Shown one piece after another: positions 13,464-26,829 of a stretch of 64,000 nucleotides of DNA. The notes beneath the pieces were generated by a model. That model had not been told where the DNA came from, searched no databases, and worked only from the letters and a program-made list of their open reading frames with translations. The translations under genes and the position numbers were made by a program. The DNA is from Octopus vulgaris (lineage: Eukaryota). Each line of letters begins with the position of its first letter. Position 1 is the stretch's first letter. The stretch lies in contig OX597826.1 in assembly GCA_951406725.2 (NCBI GenBank), positions 66,030,001-66,094,000 of the forward strand, written 5' to 3'.

Positions 13464-14741
13464 AAATCAATAAATATATAAAGATATAAAAATACAAAAA
13501 TACATATCCTTAAATCCTTAAAAATCCATATATATATATATAGGAAACATAAATATATAATCCAGCTGTAGAAACATTGCCAGATAAGACTGGAGCCTGG
13601 TGCAGCCTTCTGGCTTCCCAGATCCCCGGTCGAACCATCCAACCCATGCTAGCATGGAGAACGGACGTTAAACGATGATGATGATGATGATGATGATGAT
13701 GATAAGGTAACATAAAAGTTCATCATTTAGAAATTTTTCGATTAAAAATTATTTTTTAAGATAGGGGAAAATCCATTATGAAAAGCCAGTGTCCACTGGC
13801 TTTTCATAATGGGTTTCCCCTTATCTTAACTTTTATCTTACCCTTATACACCAAATGGGCCAAAAGATGTGACTGGCAAGTGTTGTGGATTTACTGTGTT
13901 TCTCGTATCTAAAAGAATTGAGATGAGCGGCATATTGCTGTTTAAAATTTATAGTTGACCCTCCATATATAGCTGTAGAATTGTGTAATGTGTTGAGGAC
14001 AGTGCATTTATAAGTTACATTAGATCTTTTACAATGGGTTTGTAGAGGGCAGCTGGACCCAGGACAGCAGTTACAAGTGGGTGTATTTAGGGGATTATTT
14101 TCAGGATATCAAATACATCTATTTATAGAAATTTGACAGCCTTGTATTCTTCCCTCCACTTTAAATCTTACTACTAAAACTACTTCTCACTTTGGTATCA
14201 CTCCATCCATACTTTTTCTCTACCCATCCCTTAATACAGCCCTATCATATCAACCCACTCACATATCTCAAACTTATTCACTCCTTACTTTCTTATCTCT
14301 TCCTATCCACCTTTTTCCCACTCCTCTCCCATCCTCCTCCCAAATTCTCTTGACCACTAACTAACACTCCTTTTCTCAATTCTCTCACCCTTCACTTATT
14401 CTTTCTTTTCCACTCTTTTCACTTTTTCTTTCCCTTTTTTCCCTCTTCCTGTTTTCATTTTGACCTATCTCCTCATTCTAATCATACACATCTTCCCCCC
14501 CCCCCCATCTATCCATAAATACTACCAATACATAAACAAATTTTCATTCACATCACAAGACCCTTTCAAATGAGCAACACAAAATCCACTGCTCCATTCT
14601 TTGAAATGACCAAACATGAACTACTATTATATTTTATATTTTATTTCTACTTTCATTCTTTTATTTCCCTCTATATTCCTTTTCCATAATAATTCCTTAT
14701 TTCAAACTCAAATATTTACCTCTGTTTAACCATTTCAAATC

Positions 14742-14789
14742 GTCTCTGATGAAGGTATATCCATAATATCCCAGAAATAGCTGTAAGAC
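14742..14789 (+). ncRNA. Minimal type-I hammerhead motif (PLE family 2) ending a pyrimidine-rich pLTR-like segment
   Basis: gtct-CTGATGA-aggtatat..atatccca-GAAA-tagctg-TA-agac; stem I gtct/agac; a partial minus-strand copy lies at ~54549-54588. Confidence 0.65.
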
Positions 14790-14884
14790 TATATCTATAT
14801 CTTTTTGCTTATAAATGTCCTGAAAACTACTCACAGTCTTGAGTTTGTTATCACATTTTGCCTAATATATATATATATATATGC

Positions 14885-14950
<66 letters not shown>

Positions 14951-15057
14951 AACGAGGGCATTTGAATATAACTGCGAATATAATAGGCCGAACTACTCGT
15001 ATCTTTGACTTCGTGTTAATATCTGGCGTGCAGTTCGACAAATTATATTTTATGACG

Positions 15058-15136
15058 AATCTCACTGATGATCTGTGGATTTATTGTGTAAGTAATATTG
15101 CATAATTTATTAACAGTGAAACAATTGTCTGGGGTT
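15058..15136 (+). ncRNA. Minimal type-I hammerhead motif (family 3)
   Basis: aatctca-CTGATGA-tctgt...acagt-GAAA-caattg-TC-tggggtt; stem I has G-U pairs, loop III is palindromic, triplet is GUC. Confidence 0.6.
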
Positions 15137-15411
15137 AATCTATATTTTTGTTATTTTTCATTTGTCCTGCTCGCTTACATTCATAGTGCTAAATTTTTCT
15201 CGAGAACAATTCTTAGTGGTTGAGACCATTGCGGATCTATTTTTAGCGTAAGAGCGTCCACATAGTGGATTCTCTCTCATATTTGTGTATATATATATAT
15301 ATATGTAAAATTGAAAAAATTGGAGTCAACAAGGAGTACAGTTGGACATTTATTTTCAATCACTTCAAGTGTTTCTATGTAATGTAGTTCCCCAGACTAC
15401 AATATTTATGT

Positions 15412-15503
15412 ATCGCCTGAAGAAACACAACTAGATCTTATAATGCAGGGAAAGGTCAAGTACCTACACACCTGGAGAACTACATTGCATAGAAACAATT
15501 GTA
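15412..15503 (+). ncRNA. Degenerate hammerhead motif (family 4) in an inverted-repeat remnant
   Basis: atcgc-CTGAAGA...GAAA-caattg-TA; 15366-15395 is the inverted copy of 15472-15501, and its extension supplies the 3' strand of stem I (gtgat). Confidence 0.45.
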
Positions 15504-15504
15504 T

Positions 15505-16310
15505 ACAAGTTGTATACAAGCAGGCTGAAAAGAATAGCATGCAGTTCAATACTGAAAAGTTTCAAGCTTTATGCTATCAGCATGCAAAACTAAATACACT
15601 GGACCTGGAGGCATTGCAATCCCAGAGGCACAACCAGTGCGAGACCTGCAACCTTTCATGTGCATGTTGCTAAATTGGCAATGAAATGTAGGCAGCTGAC
15701 CGGATGGATTCTTAAAGCTTTTAGAACAAGAGACCAGGAAACCATGATGGTCCTCTGGAGGACACTTGTCCTAAGCCACTTTGACTATTGCTCTCGGCTA
15801 TGGTCACCAACCAGTGTCAAATTAATCACAGAACTTAAGGCACTCCAATGAAGCTACATGAAGAAGATAGCCTCTGTGCAGCATATAAGCTATTGGGAAA
15901 AACTCAAGAGATTAAAACTCTATTCCTTAGAGCGTAGGTAAGAAAGATATGCCATAATATACATCTGGAAGATCCTGGAAGGACTTGTCCCAAACTTTGG
16001 CATCGAGAGTTACACAAATACTAGAACTGGGCGCCACTGCATAGTGCCAAGGACTCCAAATTTGCCATCAAGATGTAGGACAAGATACTGTGATAGCCTG
16101 GGCTTCAGAGGTCCACAGCTCTTCAATATCCTCCTGAAGGACCTGAGAGACCTGCATGGAGTGGATGCAGATGTCTTTAAGATAAAGCTGGACCTCTTCC
16201 TGTCAGGTAACCCGGATGAACCAACTTTATGGCAGGAGGTGCAGATGAGGGCAGCTGCATCAAACTCTCTCATGCACCAAATGTCAATTGCTAAAAAGCA
16301 TTCATGAAGT
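15505..16310 (+). pseudogene. CR1-like LINE reverse transcriptase C-terminal fragment
   Basis: MQFNTEKFQAL, LWRTLVLSHFDYCSRLWSP, SYWEKLKRLKLYSLERR, GPQLFNIL, FKIKLDLFL; contains stops and frameshifts. Confidence 0.8.
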
Positions 16311-16337
16311 AAAATCATGTAGCAATATATATATATT

Positions 16338-16977
16338 TGCCAGGGGTGTAACCAGCCCACTTATGCATACCTTTTCCGTCTTTGGACACTAAACTCTGCT
16401 TGCGAAGACCTGTTGAGACAAGTGAAATCACAATCAAAAATTTGATGACTAGCATCTGTGCTATCAGGGTGCAAAGAGCACCATACGAGTATGATCATTG
16501 ACAGAGTGGCTAACTGGCTTCCGTGCCAGTGGCACATAAAAGGCACCATTCGAGTGTGATTGTTACCAGCGCCGCCTTACTGGCACTTGTGCCCCATGCT
16601 AGTAGGGTGCTAAGAGCACCATCCAAACGTGATTGTTGCCAGAGCGGCTAACTGCCTTCCATGCCGGTGGCACATGAAAGGCACCATTCAAGCGTGATCA
16701 TTACCAGCATCGCCTTACTGGCACCTGTGCCGGTGGCATGTGTAAAAAGATTCGAGCGATGTCATTGCCAGTATCGCCTGACTGGCCCCCGTGCCGGTGG
16801 CAAGTAAAAGCACCCACTACACTCTCGGAGTGGTTGGCGTTAGGAAGGGCATCCAGCTGTAGAAACTCTGCCAGATCAAGATTAGAGTCTAGTGCAGCAT
16901 CTGGTTCGTCAGCCCTCAGTCAAAATCGTCCAACCCATGCTAGCATGGAAAGTGGACGTTAAACGATGATGATGATT
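16338..16977 (+). mobile_element. Long RTE-type 3' UTR with tandem ~50-bp units
   Basis: gtgccggtggcac..aaaggcacc units, then the conserved tail and (GAT)n. Confidence 0.75.
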
Positions 16978-17256
16978 ATATATATATACATATATATATA
17001 TGTGTGTGAATGTGTGTGTGTACGTATCTACATGTGTGTGTTTGTGTCTATGTTTGTTTCCCCATCATCACTTGACAACCAGTGTTGGTTTGGTTGTGTC
17101 CTGGTAACTTAGCAGTTCAGCACAAGAGATCGATAGAATAAGTACCAGACTTAACGAAAATATAGTGAGGTCGATTTGTTCAAATAAACCTTAAGCCTTT
17201 CAAAGCGTTGCCCCAGCATGTCCGCAGTCCAATCACTGAAACAAGTAAAATATGAT

Positions 17257-17340
<84 letters not shown>

Positions 17341-17764
17341 CGTGTGTGTGTGTGTACGTATACCCACAGCTAATTTGTGACTGTACTTGCGGAGTGGGAG
17401 TAACAGTGAATGTGGTGGTTATGGTAAGAGGTGATGGCTGAATAGAGAGGGTGTATGTGTGAAGTTTGTAACTGTTGTATATAATGATATGGCTCCTGAT
17501 AGCTTCCAATGAGACAGAGAGAGAGAGAGACAGTGGGGGGAGATGATCACGGATAATCAACCGACCACGGGTACAACCTCTAACAACCTTCACATGGGCA
17601 CTGTAGACAGGTAGACCTACAAACGGCACACATAAACATCCAGACTTCATACAACCAAAGCTTCATTCATGTAACACAAGACTGAAAACGGCTGAATAGT
17701 GTGTGTGTGTATGTATGTGTGTGTGTGTCACATATACTCATGTCATATATATATACACGCATAT

Positions 17765-17821
<57 letters not shown>

Positions 17822-17825
<4 letters not shown>

Positions 17826-18249
17826 AGTGGCAGTGTGGTAAGTAGCTTGTTTACCAACCACATGGTTCTGGGTTCAGTCCCACTGCGTGGCACTTTGGGC
17901 AAGTGTCTTCTACTACAGCCTCGGGTCGACCAAAGCCTTGTGAGTCGATTTGGTAGATGGAAACTGAAAGAAGCCCGCCGTATATATATATACCAAATCG
18001 ACTATATATATATATATATATATACATATGTGTGTGTATGTTTGTGTGTCTGTGTTTGTCCCCTCAACATCACTTGACAACCGATGCTGGTGTGTTTACG
18101 TCACCGTAACTTAGCGGTTCGGCAAAAGAGACCGATAGAATAAATACTAGGCTTACAAAGAATAAGTCCTGGGGTCAATTTGCTAGACTAAAAGCGGTAC
18201 TCCAGCATGGCCACAGTCAAATGACTGAAACAAGTAAAAGAATAAAGAA

Positions 18250-18250
<1 letters not shown>
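17822..18250 (+). mobile_element. tRNA-derived SINE, family A
   Basis: A box tggcagtgtgg, B box ggttcagtccc, full body and tail. Confidence 0.85.
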
Positions 18251-18285
<35 letters not shown>

Positions 18286-18747
18286 TGTATGTATGTATGT
18301 ATTGACGTTTGTTTTGTGCTTATGTCTATATATGAGTGTGCGTGTATGTGTATGTAAACAAATATATATACCAAACATATATACACACATACTATGCGTG
18401 TGTATAATGCACTTATACGCAGACATGTTTGTGTGTATGTTCGCGTAAATGTGTCTTAATATTCAATGCACAGTTCACATGGGCCCAGATGACACGTTTG
18501 ACTGAGACTTGTGTGCATTGAGGTGGAAAGGCAAGATAAAGGAGGACGCCAATAGAGAGAGAGTGTGTGTGAGTGTGTGTGTGTGTGAAAGAGAGAGAGG
18601 GAGAGAGAATAACAGAGAGGGAGAAAGTAAAAGGGAAACAGAGAGAGGGGTGGTAAATGAGAGAGAGACGAGCGGAGCAAAAAAGCTATGGTGGATATAA
18701 GAAAGATTACAAAAAGAAAGATAGACAGACAGATAGATAGATAGCTA

Positions 18748-20332
18748 TGTTTCTTTATTAGCCACACAGGGCTGAACACAGACGGGACAAATTACAAAGC
18801 AGAGCTTTTCTTTTTGGGGAAGAAAAAAGAAAAAAAAGTGGGGTAGGTTTTCGATCAAAAGAGATCGTAAAAAGGAAAGAAAGGAAAGAAAAACGATCAA
18901 TAGGGATCGTGTATCACAGAAATGTCATGATGTAAAGTGTAAAGGGGGAAACAGATAAGGTTTATCCGTGGAAAGAAAAGCCTACGGAAAAGACCACGGT
19001 AACCTCGGTCAATAATGTCACATGTTAACACATTTATTTGTAAGTAAGTAACTCTCTGTTTTAAATTTTTCCGGGTTCATAGGATCAGGCTCAAGGTGGC
19101 TTCGTCATTCATGCGTACCATCCTTGCTACATTCACCCATCTTTTTCTGAAACACTCGCTAGACAAAACTTGCCTCTCTACTCTCACTTTCCTTTTCAAG
19201 TGATACTTGAAGAAGTTGGTGAGAGATTGACCAGAGAGGAAAGTGTTTGTCTCTAATCTTTTCAGACGCGTCCACCAGATACATTCTTTTGCCATAGCCA
19301 CAAGTATGATGAAAATAGCTCTTCCTTCCCTCACTTCGGCCGCCGTCATGGCATATTCGCAGCACTCTGCCTCTCTTGCCGAGAGTCGTTGCATGCTGTG
19401 CAGGTAGGCACTGAAGTCCACCCGGCGTTCACGCTCACCATTCGTCCTGTACAGTCGGGCAAAATGCCGCTGAAATACCTCGCACATCTTGCGGGGCTTG
19501 GGCAATTGGCGCCCTTGTTCGTCTACCAGAGACCGAATGTGGCTTTGTTGCCCTGCTACACCTCCGACACCCGGGCCTCTCTCGCGGATCCAACACCTTC
19601 CATCCTTAGAGCACGCATCCTAGCCCTGACAGCACACCCTTCGCGTTTGGCGTTGAAGTGTTGGTCAAGGGCCAACCACGCCGCCAAAACGTCGGATGCT
19701 ATGCCGCTTCTTATTGCCTCTTCTAACTTCTTAACTAACTCACCCTCTACTCTGTTTCTATCTACGGCTAGTGCCTTGCTATATCTAATTGCTTCCGCTT
19801 TTTCTGCTCTCTTGAGGGCGAACCACCATTTGTTGTTGACGATGGCTCCCGTCAAAGCCCTCTTTACTAACGTGCTGATTCGGTCTCTGAAAACCTGTCT
19901 GGACGGGAAATATGCGTTTAGTTTCCAGTAACCGGGACCCTGCCTATGTGCCTTATCTAAATCTAGCGTACACGTCAGGAATTTGTGGTCCGTGTAGCTG
20001 ACTGTGTGGAATTATGGACATCCTAAACTATCCCTATCTACTGTCCTACACAGTATCCTATCTAGATACGATCTAGACGACCCAATGCGGTTGCTCCATG
20101 TCTACGTTGGTGCATTTAGGTGGTCGAGTTGGTACCTGTCAGACAGTTGGAATCGTCTGAGCAGGTCTCTGAGGCATTTGCATCCCCGTCTGTTTTTGTC
20201 TCTCCCCACATAGTCTAGATGTGTGTCCAAGGTAGCATTCCAATCCCCAACTAAAAGTAAAGGACGAGACGTTCCCAGGAATACTTCTAGACGTCGAAAG
20301 AAATCCGGCCGACCTGTTAAAGGCAGTGCATA
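18748..20332 (-). mobile_element. L1/Tx1-clade LINE, 5'-truncated with the RT deleted, in (GATA)n
   Basis: APE endonuclease motifs [30 protein letters not shown]; linker homologous to 36064-38150; joined at ~19325 to C-terminal GRAIFIILVAMAK...; GATA repeats on both flanks. Confidence 0.85.
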
Positions 20333-20337
20333 GTAGG

Positions 20338-20406
<69 letters not shown>

Positions 20407-20410
20407 GGAT

Positions 20411-20503
<93 letters not shown>

Positions 20504-20729
20504 AGCGGAAGGAATACGAAAGAGTGAGAGGGTTATATTTCTTTACTTTTTTTCTTTTTTTTCATTTTTATATATATTTCTTTACAAAGAGTGAGAGGGT
20601 TAGCGTGTAGATGAGTAAAATTAAGAGACTGGCAATGAAGAAAGAACGATGTATCTGTATGTGCGTGCGTGTGTGTGTGTGTGTGTTGTGTGTGTGTGTG
20701 TATGTGTGTGTGTGTGTGTGTGTGTGTTT

Positions 20730-20840
20730 GACATTATTCAGTTTATTTCAAGATTTCTTGCCAATAGAAAAAGAACCGGTTTCTAATCTCGATCCAGGGG
20801 TCCTTCATTGGAATTTCAACATCAACAACAGGGTATTTTT
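20730..20840 (-). mobile_element. Short PLE-like tail with a degenerate hammerhead-like core
   Basis: Minus strand ttccaatgaagg...GAAACCGGTT...aataaa lies between CA/TACA microsatellites; the core is non-canonical. Confidence 0.3.
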
Positions 20841-22142
20841 GTATGTATGTACGTACATATTTATGTATGTATGTGTATATATGCATACGTGTGGAGGGAG
20901 GGTAAGAGGAAAATGATGTGGGGGAAAGAAACAAAGAGAGATAGAAGACAAATAGAGAGATAGAGGTGGCAGCCGAATAAAGAAAAGAAGAGGAATTTAT
21001 AGTCACTGATTAAAAAGATTTTGTTAAAGTAGTTAATGTCGTTGTTGTTGTTGTTGCTTGTGGTGGTGGAAGAGAGCCGAGTGAGCGGAGATAAAGTGTA
21101 AAAATTGCGATAAGGAGGCGAAGCTTAACACAATCTATAGAAAATAGCGGTAAAGTGGACGTGGTTAAGAAAATGAAAGAGAAAGTTAAAAGTGAGACGG
21201 AGGTGGGGGAATGTGGCGTGTGATGTTTAGAGATAAACTGCAACGGTAAGAGGGTAAGGTAAGAGAGAGATAGTGAAACTGACGGTGGGAAAAGTGAAAG
21301 AGTGTAGAATAGAACAAACGGGGAACTGAGAGTGTGAGAAGGGTCGGACAGAAGCGGGGGGAATGAAAGAGAAAGAGAAGGAACTAAGAAAGAAAACAAA
21401 CGGATTGATATAACAGATGAGAAGACAGAGGAGCGAGGGAGAGGAGACGGCAATGTGAAAGAAGAAGGGGGGCTCTTAAGAATGTTGGGGCTCAACATAT
21501 TGAATCGAACATTGTTTGCGACCTGTTGTATTCAGAGCTGTAGTTAATGACACGGCCCACTGCATCACCAACAATTGAAGGTAGAAGCCAACGAACGAGA
21601 CGATATGGCCGCCACCTGACCTGCAAGTAATAGCAGCCAAATCTCCCTCAATTCAATTTGTACTCTCTTAAAACAGAACACATTGGACAGTGTAAAGCCC
21701 TCGGGATGGTCCTACTTGAAAAGCGTTTGATTGTTGGTTGGTTTGCTTGAAAAGGGCTGACTCGGAGTTAAACAACATAGTAGGGATTTCAGAGTTGTCT
21801 CAAGTGAAAACAGTGATCATTTTTAATGTTAATGAGTCATCTTTGCATTTCGGATTTGATTTTAATGAACATGCAGCCGGTGGGCGTTTCATTACATTAA
21901 AAGCCTACACTTAGTTATGTATTCCTCATGCAGAAGGTATCCATGGCATTTCCCTCTGTCGCATTGACAGGGAACAGTGTGTTGTAGTGATAGCGATAAG
22001 GGAAGAGGATGATTGGAGAAAATAATGAAGATGGTGAGTGAATGAGTGAGTGGGTGAGTGAGTGAGCGAGTGAGAGTGAGAGCTAGTCAGAGAGAGGAGT
22101 AAAAAAGTAAGAGAAAGATGTGGAAGAGATAGAAGAGAATAG

Positions 22143-22574
22143 GGATCTTTTCGGTTTGAACGGCAGTTTTTTCTAGCGGTGTTATATGAAATTGTCACCC
22201 ATAATTATGACCCTAGTATCGATCTATTGCATTTCAATCTGTTTTAGGGTTAAGATTAGTTAGGATTAGGGTTAGGGGTTGGGGGAAGGATATCTTTTTT
22301 TCTTCACAAATGTAAATAAACCCAATCTGTTTCTTAAATGAGGGACATATTCATATGGCACAGAATGTTTGTTACCTCAATGGACGTCATTCATTGGCTG
22401 AAATTGCAGAAATTGAAGAAAAAAACAACAAATATCTTACAAACTATAGAACTTTCTCAATAAAGCCAAGAGAAAAAGATGTTTTATAAACACATTCTAC
22501 CAGTGTACGAAGTTTAAAATTTTTTAGTTACCTAGAAATTATGTTAAAAACTGCCGTTCAAACCGAAAAGGTCC
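22143..22574 (+). mobile_element. Merlin-like MITE
   Basis: TIR ggatcttttcggtttgaacggcagttttt; perfect 8-bp TSD gagaatag; internal ttaggg repeats. Confidence 0.85.
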
Positions 22575-22924
22575 GAGAATAGAAAGAGAAGTGATAAAAA
22601 GTGAAAGGGGGAAAGAACAGGTGACAGAAAACGAGGGAGAGCAAAACGAACAAAAGTAGGAAGAAAAAAAAATGAAGATAAAATAAAGATAGGGTAAGAA
22701 ACAGTGTTGAGGAAAGAGGAGACGTGAAGAGAGAAGATAATGTGGAGACGAGAGAGAGAGAGACACAAATGATAAGGGTAAGATACAGAGAGAATAGTGG
22801 AGAAACAGAAAGACAGAAGCAATACAAATAGAGTGGCGGCGGCGGGGGATAAAGCGAGTGGGGAAAGTTAGATTGATAAGAGGAAGATAGAGGTTGTGAG
22901 AAGGGAAAAGGAGAAAGAGTTATG

Positions 22925-23350
22925 GGATCTTTTCGGTTTGAACGGCAGTTTTTAACATAATTTCTAGGTAACTAAAAAATTCTAAACTTCGTATACTGGT
23001 AGAATGTGTTTATAAAACATCTTTTTCTCTTGGCTTTATTGAGAAAATTCTATAGTTTGTAAGATATTTGTTGTTTTTTTCTTCAATTTCTGCAATTTCT
23101 GCAATTTCAACCAATCACTGACGTCTATTGAGGTAAAAAAAAACATTCTGTACCGTATGAATATGTCCCTCGTTTAAGAAACAGATTGGATTTATTTACA
23201 TTTGTGAAGAAAAAAAAGATACCCTTCCCCCATCCCTAACCCTAACCCTAAAACATTGAAATGCAATAGATCGATACTAGGGTCATAATTATGGGTGACA
23301 ATTTCATATGACACTGCTAGAAAAAACTGCCGTTCAAACCGAAAAGATCC
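22925..23350 (-). mobile_element. Merlin-like MITE, second copy in opposite orientation
   Basis: Same TIR; 8-bp TSD gagttatg. Confidence 0.85.
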
Positions 23351-23639
23351 GAGTTATGAAGTGACACTCTCTTCATAACTCTTTCTCCTTTTGGGCAAGT
23401 GTCTTATACTCTGGCCTCGGGCTGACCAAAGCCCTGTGATAGGAGGAGAAAGGAAAGATATCTTTTATTTGTGGCCATGCTGGGGCACCACTTTCAAGAA
23501 TTTTTAGCCAAATGAATCAACCACGTCATTATTTTTTAAGCCTGGTACTTATTCTGTCGTTCTCATTTGTAATCGCTAAGTTACAGAGAAGTAAACACAC
23601 CAACACCTGATTACAAGTCTGCTTGATCTAAGTGGCTAA

Positions 23640-23922
23640 CCTAGAGTAAGCTGCCACAAAAATGGGGAAAAAAAAACTTCAGAGGGGCAATCTATACCCT
23701 GCACACAGATAAATCTTTTCACAAATTATATGCTTTGCTTACCCATGCTTTTTAATTGAACTAAATTAAGCATTGTAACCGTTTGACTAAACTTGCTTAT
23801 CAGGAAATTTGTAAATTCGATTAAAATTTTTTTTTTTTAAAGAATCACCATTATAGGTATTTATACTCCAGTGTAATTAAGAAATCAACTCGTAAATAAA
23901 CGAAACCCTTGAAGCCATCACT

Positions 23923-23959
<37 letters not shown>

Positions 23960-24165
23960 CACATACCTATGTATGTATTTATGTATGTTTGAAGATAATC
24001 AAAACAAATTTTCATCAGTTTCAGCCACTCACCCAATGAGTATTTCTGCCAAATTTGGTGAAAATCCATTCAGCCGTTTTCCAGTAATTTTGCAAACACA
24101 CAGACAAACAGACGAAGACGAGTGATTACAATATCCAGCTTTTGCTTATGCATGCAGGGTAACAA
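23640..24165 (+). mobile_element. HINE/DINE-1-like (Helentron-type) non-autonomous element
   Basis: aaatttggtgaaaatccattcagccgtttt, an acagac-type microsatellite and a 3' end cagggtaa complementary to the 5' accctg. Confidence 0.5.
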
Positions 24166-24362
24166 CAACATCAAATAATACTCCCTGCCCTAAACAAATC
24201 ATTACTGCATGTTGGAGTGTACAGAGTGGTCATCAGTTAATTGGAAGTGTGGTTATAACTGAAAAAGGAGATTTGTTGTGGTTCACATCTTCTCTCATCT
24301 GGTCACCTACAATGCTGGATCAAAACTGACCCAAGACTATACACAACAACAAAATCAATATG

Positions 24363-24832
24363 AAACAAAAGCACTCAGAGAGCGCAAACCTTTGCCAAGG
24401 TAACACCAATGTCCTCTCACGATTAGCTGGAGATGATTTTTAAAATTGTGACGCATATTTGCCATTTGAATATGGCAAATGGAAATATGCGTCACGATGT
24501 GTTACCGCTACTGTTTATAACTCGCTCTGAGATTTATCATTATTTTAAAAATTAGAATATCTAAAATAAACTCCCCTGCTTTCACAAACAAGAATACTAA
24601 AAATGAACCAGACCGCTCTCAAAAATTAAGTGAAAAACAGGAAAGCTAATCCAGAATCCTTGTCTGGTGCTAGATCGATCTCAAAATCTAATCAGTTCGT
24701 GCCAGTCACGAGGCCAAACATCCCTGAAAGTTTCATCTGAATCCATCCAGTGGTTCTTGAGTTATCTTGTCCATGGACAACAAACAAACACAACTGAAAA
24801 CAATACCTCTTTTTAGTGAAGGCAGAGGTAAT
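24363..24832 (+). mobile_element. HINE/DINE-1-like non-autonomous element
   Basis: 5' aacaaaagc..aaacctttgccaagg; 3' aagtttcatctgaatccatcc...acaaacaaac..tacctct..ggcagaggtaa stem-loop. Confidence 0.55.
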
Positions 24833-24877
24833 GAGGTAATGATGATGATAATAATAATAATAATAATAATAATAATC

Positions 24878-25202
24878 GTTTCTACTAAAGACACAAGGCC
24901 AGAAATTTATGGGGAGAGAGTAAATCAATCACATCGACCCAAGCACTTGACTAGTACTTAATTTATCGATTCTGAAGAGATGAAAGGCAAAGTCAACCTC
25001 AACAAAATTTAAACTCAGAACGTAAAGACAGATGAAATGCTGCTAAACATTTTGCCTGGTGTGCTAATGATTCTTTTCTACTCTAGGCACAAGGCTCAAA
25101 ATTTTTTAGGGAGGGAGCCAGTCAATTAGATCGACTCCAATACACAACTGGTATTTAATTTACTTGTCTGGTGTGCTAACGATTCTGCCAGCTCACCGGC
25201 TT
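24878..25202 (-). mobile_element. Nin/Deu-domain SINE remnants (alternative tail)
   Basis: gatgaaaggcaaagtcaacctc..aactcagaacg; degenerate tandem pieces. Confidence 0.6.
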
Positions 25203-26565
25203 AAACAGCATGAAATAATAGCAACTTAATTGTAATATAATTATAATGGATGGTGACACATACTTAAGTAATATTTGAGTCAATATTAACAAAAACGTTA
25301 GCAAATAAAAACAAAAGGATGTTTCTCACCAACAGCAAATGTGATGTAATTTTCAAGTGACCGCATAGCTTAAAGCAGTCCACAGATTGTCTCTATTCAG
25401 AATATGAATTACTATGAAAGTTTGGAAAATATTAAGACTCTACTCCCTGGAGTGGAGAACAGAAAATTATACAGTAAATACATACATTAATATGATGGAC
25501 GTCAACTCAGTATTTGTTTGGTATGACTGTTGCTTGAAACAAAACTGCAAAGGGGAAATGATGTTTTGAGCCAGGCTTTTAGTGCAACTTTTGTTTAATT
25601 GTTTCTTCTTATTTAGATGTTGTGCAAAACTATGAAAATAAGTACAGTGTACGGACATGTGTCGTTGAATGCCACCCCACCACCCCACCATCTCATCCAA
25701 CCAATGGCAACAATTTTTATTGCATAATTGGTAAACATTCTTTCAAGTGGCAAAGAATTTAACAGGGGCATGTTTATTTACCCATGCATACATAACACCC
25801 ACACCCACACACACATATTTAAGTGTGCATCTTTGTGTATATATGTGTGTGTATACACACACACATTTATATATAAATTGAAGGCACATGGCATAGTAGT
25901 TAGATCATTACACTCACAATTGCTAGATCATGGGTTAGATTCCCAGGTGTTGCATTCTTGAGCAAAACTCTTCGTTTCCCATTGCTCCAGTCTCTACTTT
26001 CGATTGTGGGGCAGGAGGTGACCTACCAGGTAATTTTCGGGCAGGAGCTGACCAACCCGGTAATTCCCAGGAAAGTGGGACTTATCCCTTGGTTCCATTC
26101 TCATAATTGTTTTGCTAATCATAATTATGCAACATACCCTCACTTGAATTAGAGATAAATTTCAAATGGATGGACCTGTTCAGAATGCCCACAAGAAACA
26201 TTTCAGAAGAACGTAGACATCAATACATTGCCAGAGGTCATAAAAATTTGTGCGGCAAATTTGAGACAGGAATTTCAAAGTTAAGAATAATTGTTTTGCT
26301 AATAACAACAATACAAAGTATGAAGCCCTTAAAACGGTTTTTGTGCATTTACAGAGAATACCAAACTGTCTTACACAGGATCTTGTTTTTAGGAATTCCC
26401 AAATTGTGAAGTCAGTTATGTAATAACATGATCTTAGTTACCTGATAGTAAGAATTCAAATAAAGTAGCCCTGCATGCATGCATGCATGCATGTATGTAT
26501 GTACGTATGTATGTATGTATTTATGTATGTATGTCAATAATTGAAACAAGTAAAAGAATAAAAGA

Positions 26566-26618
<53 letters not shown>

Positions 26619-26761
26619 CACAATAACGTGTTTTTTTAAAATTCTAAACAGTGTTCTATATAACAATAACAGTTGTACTGCATAATAAATCACACTACAC
26701 CATGCTCAACTTCCAATGTAGGCAGGTATGTATGTAGGTAGGTAGGTAGGTAAGTAGGTAA

Positions 26762-26829
<68 letters not shown>

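Noticed and set aside
22244-22280. Telomeric/interstitial telomere repeat
   Set aside because: A few ttaggg units internal to every copy of the MITE
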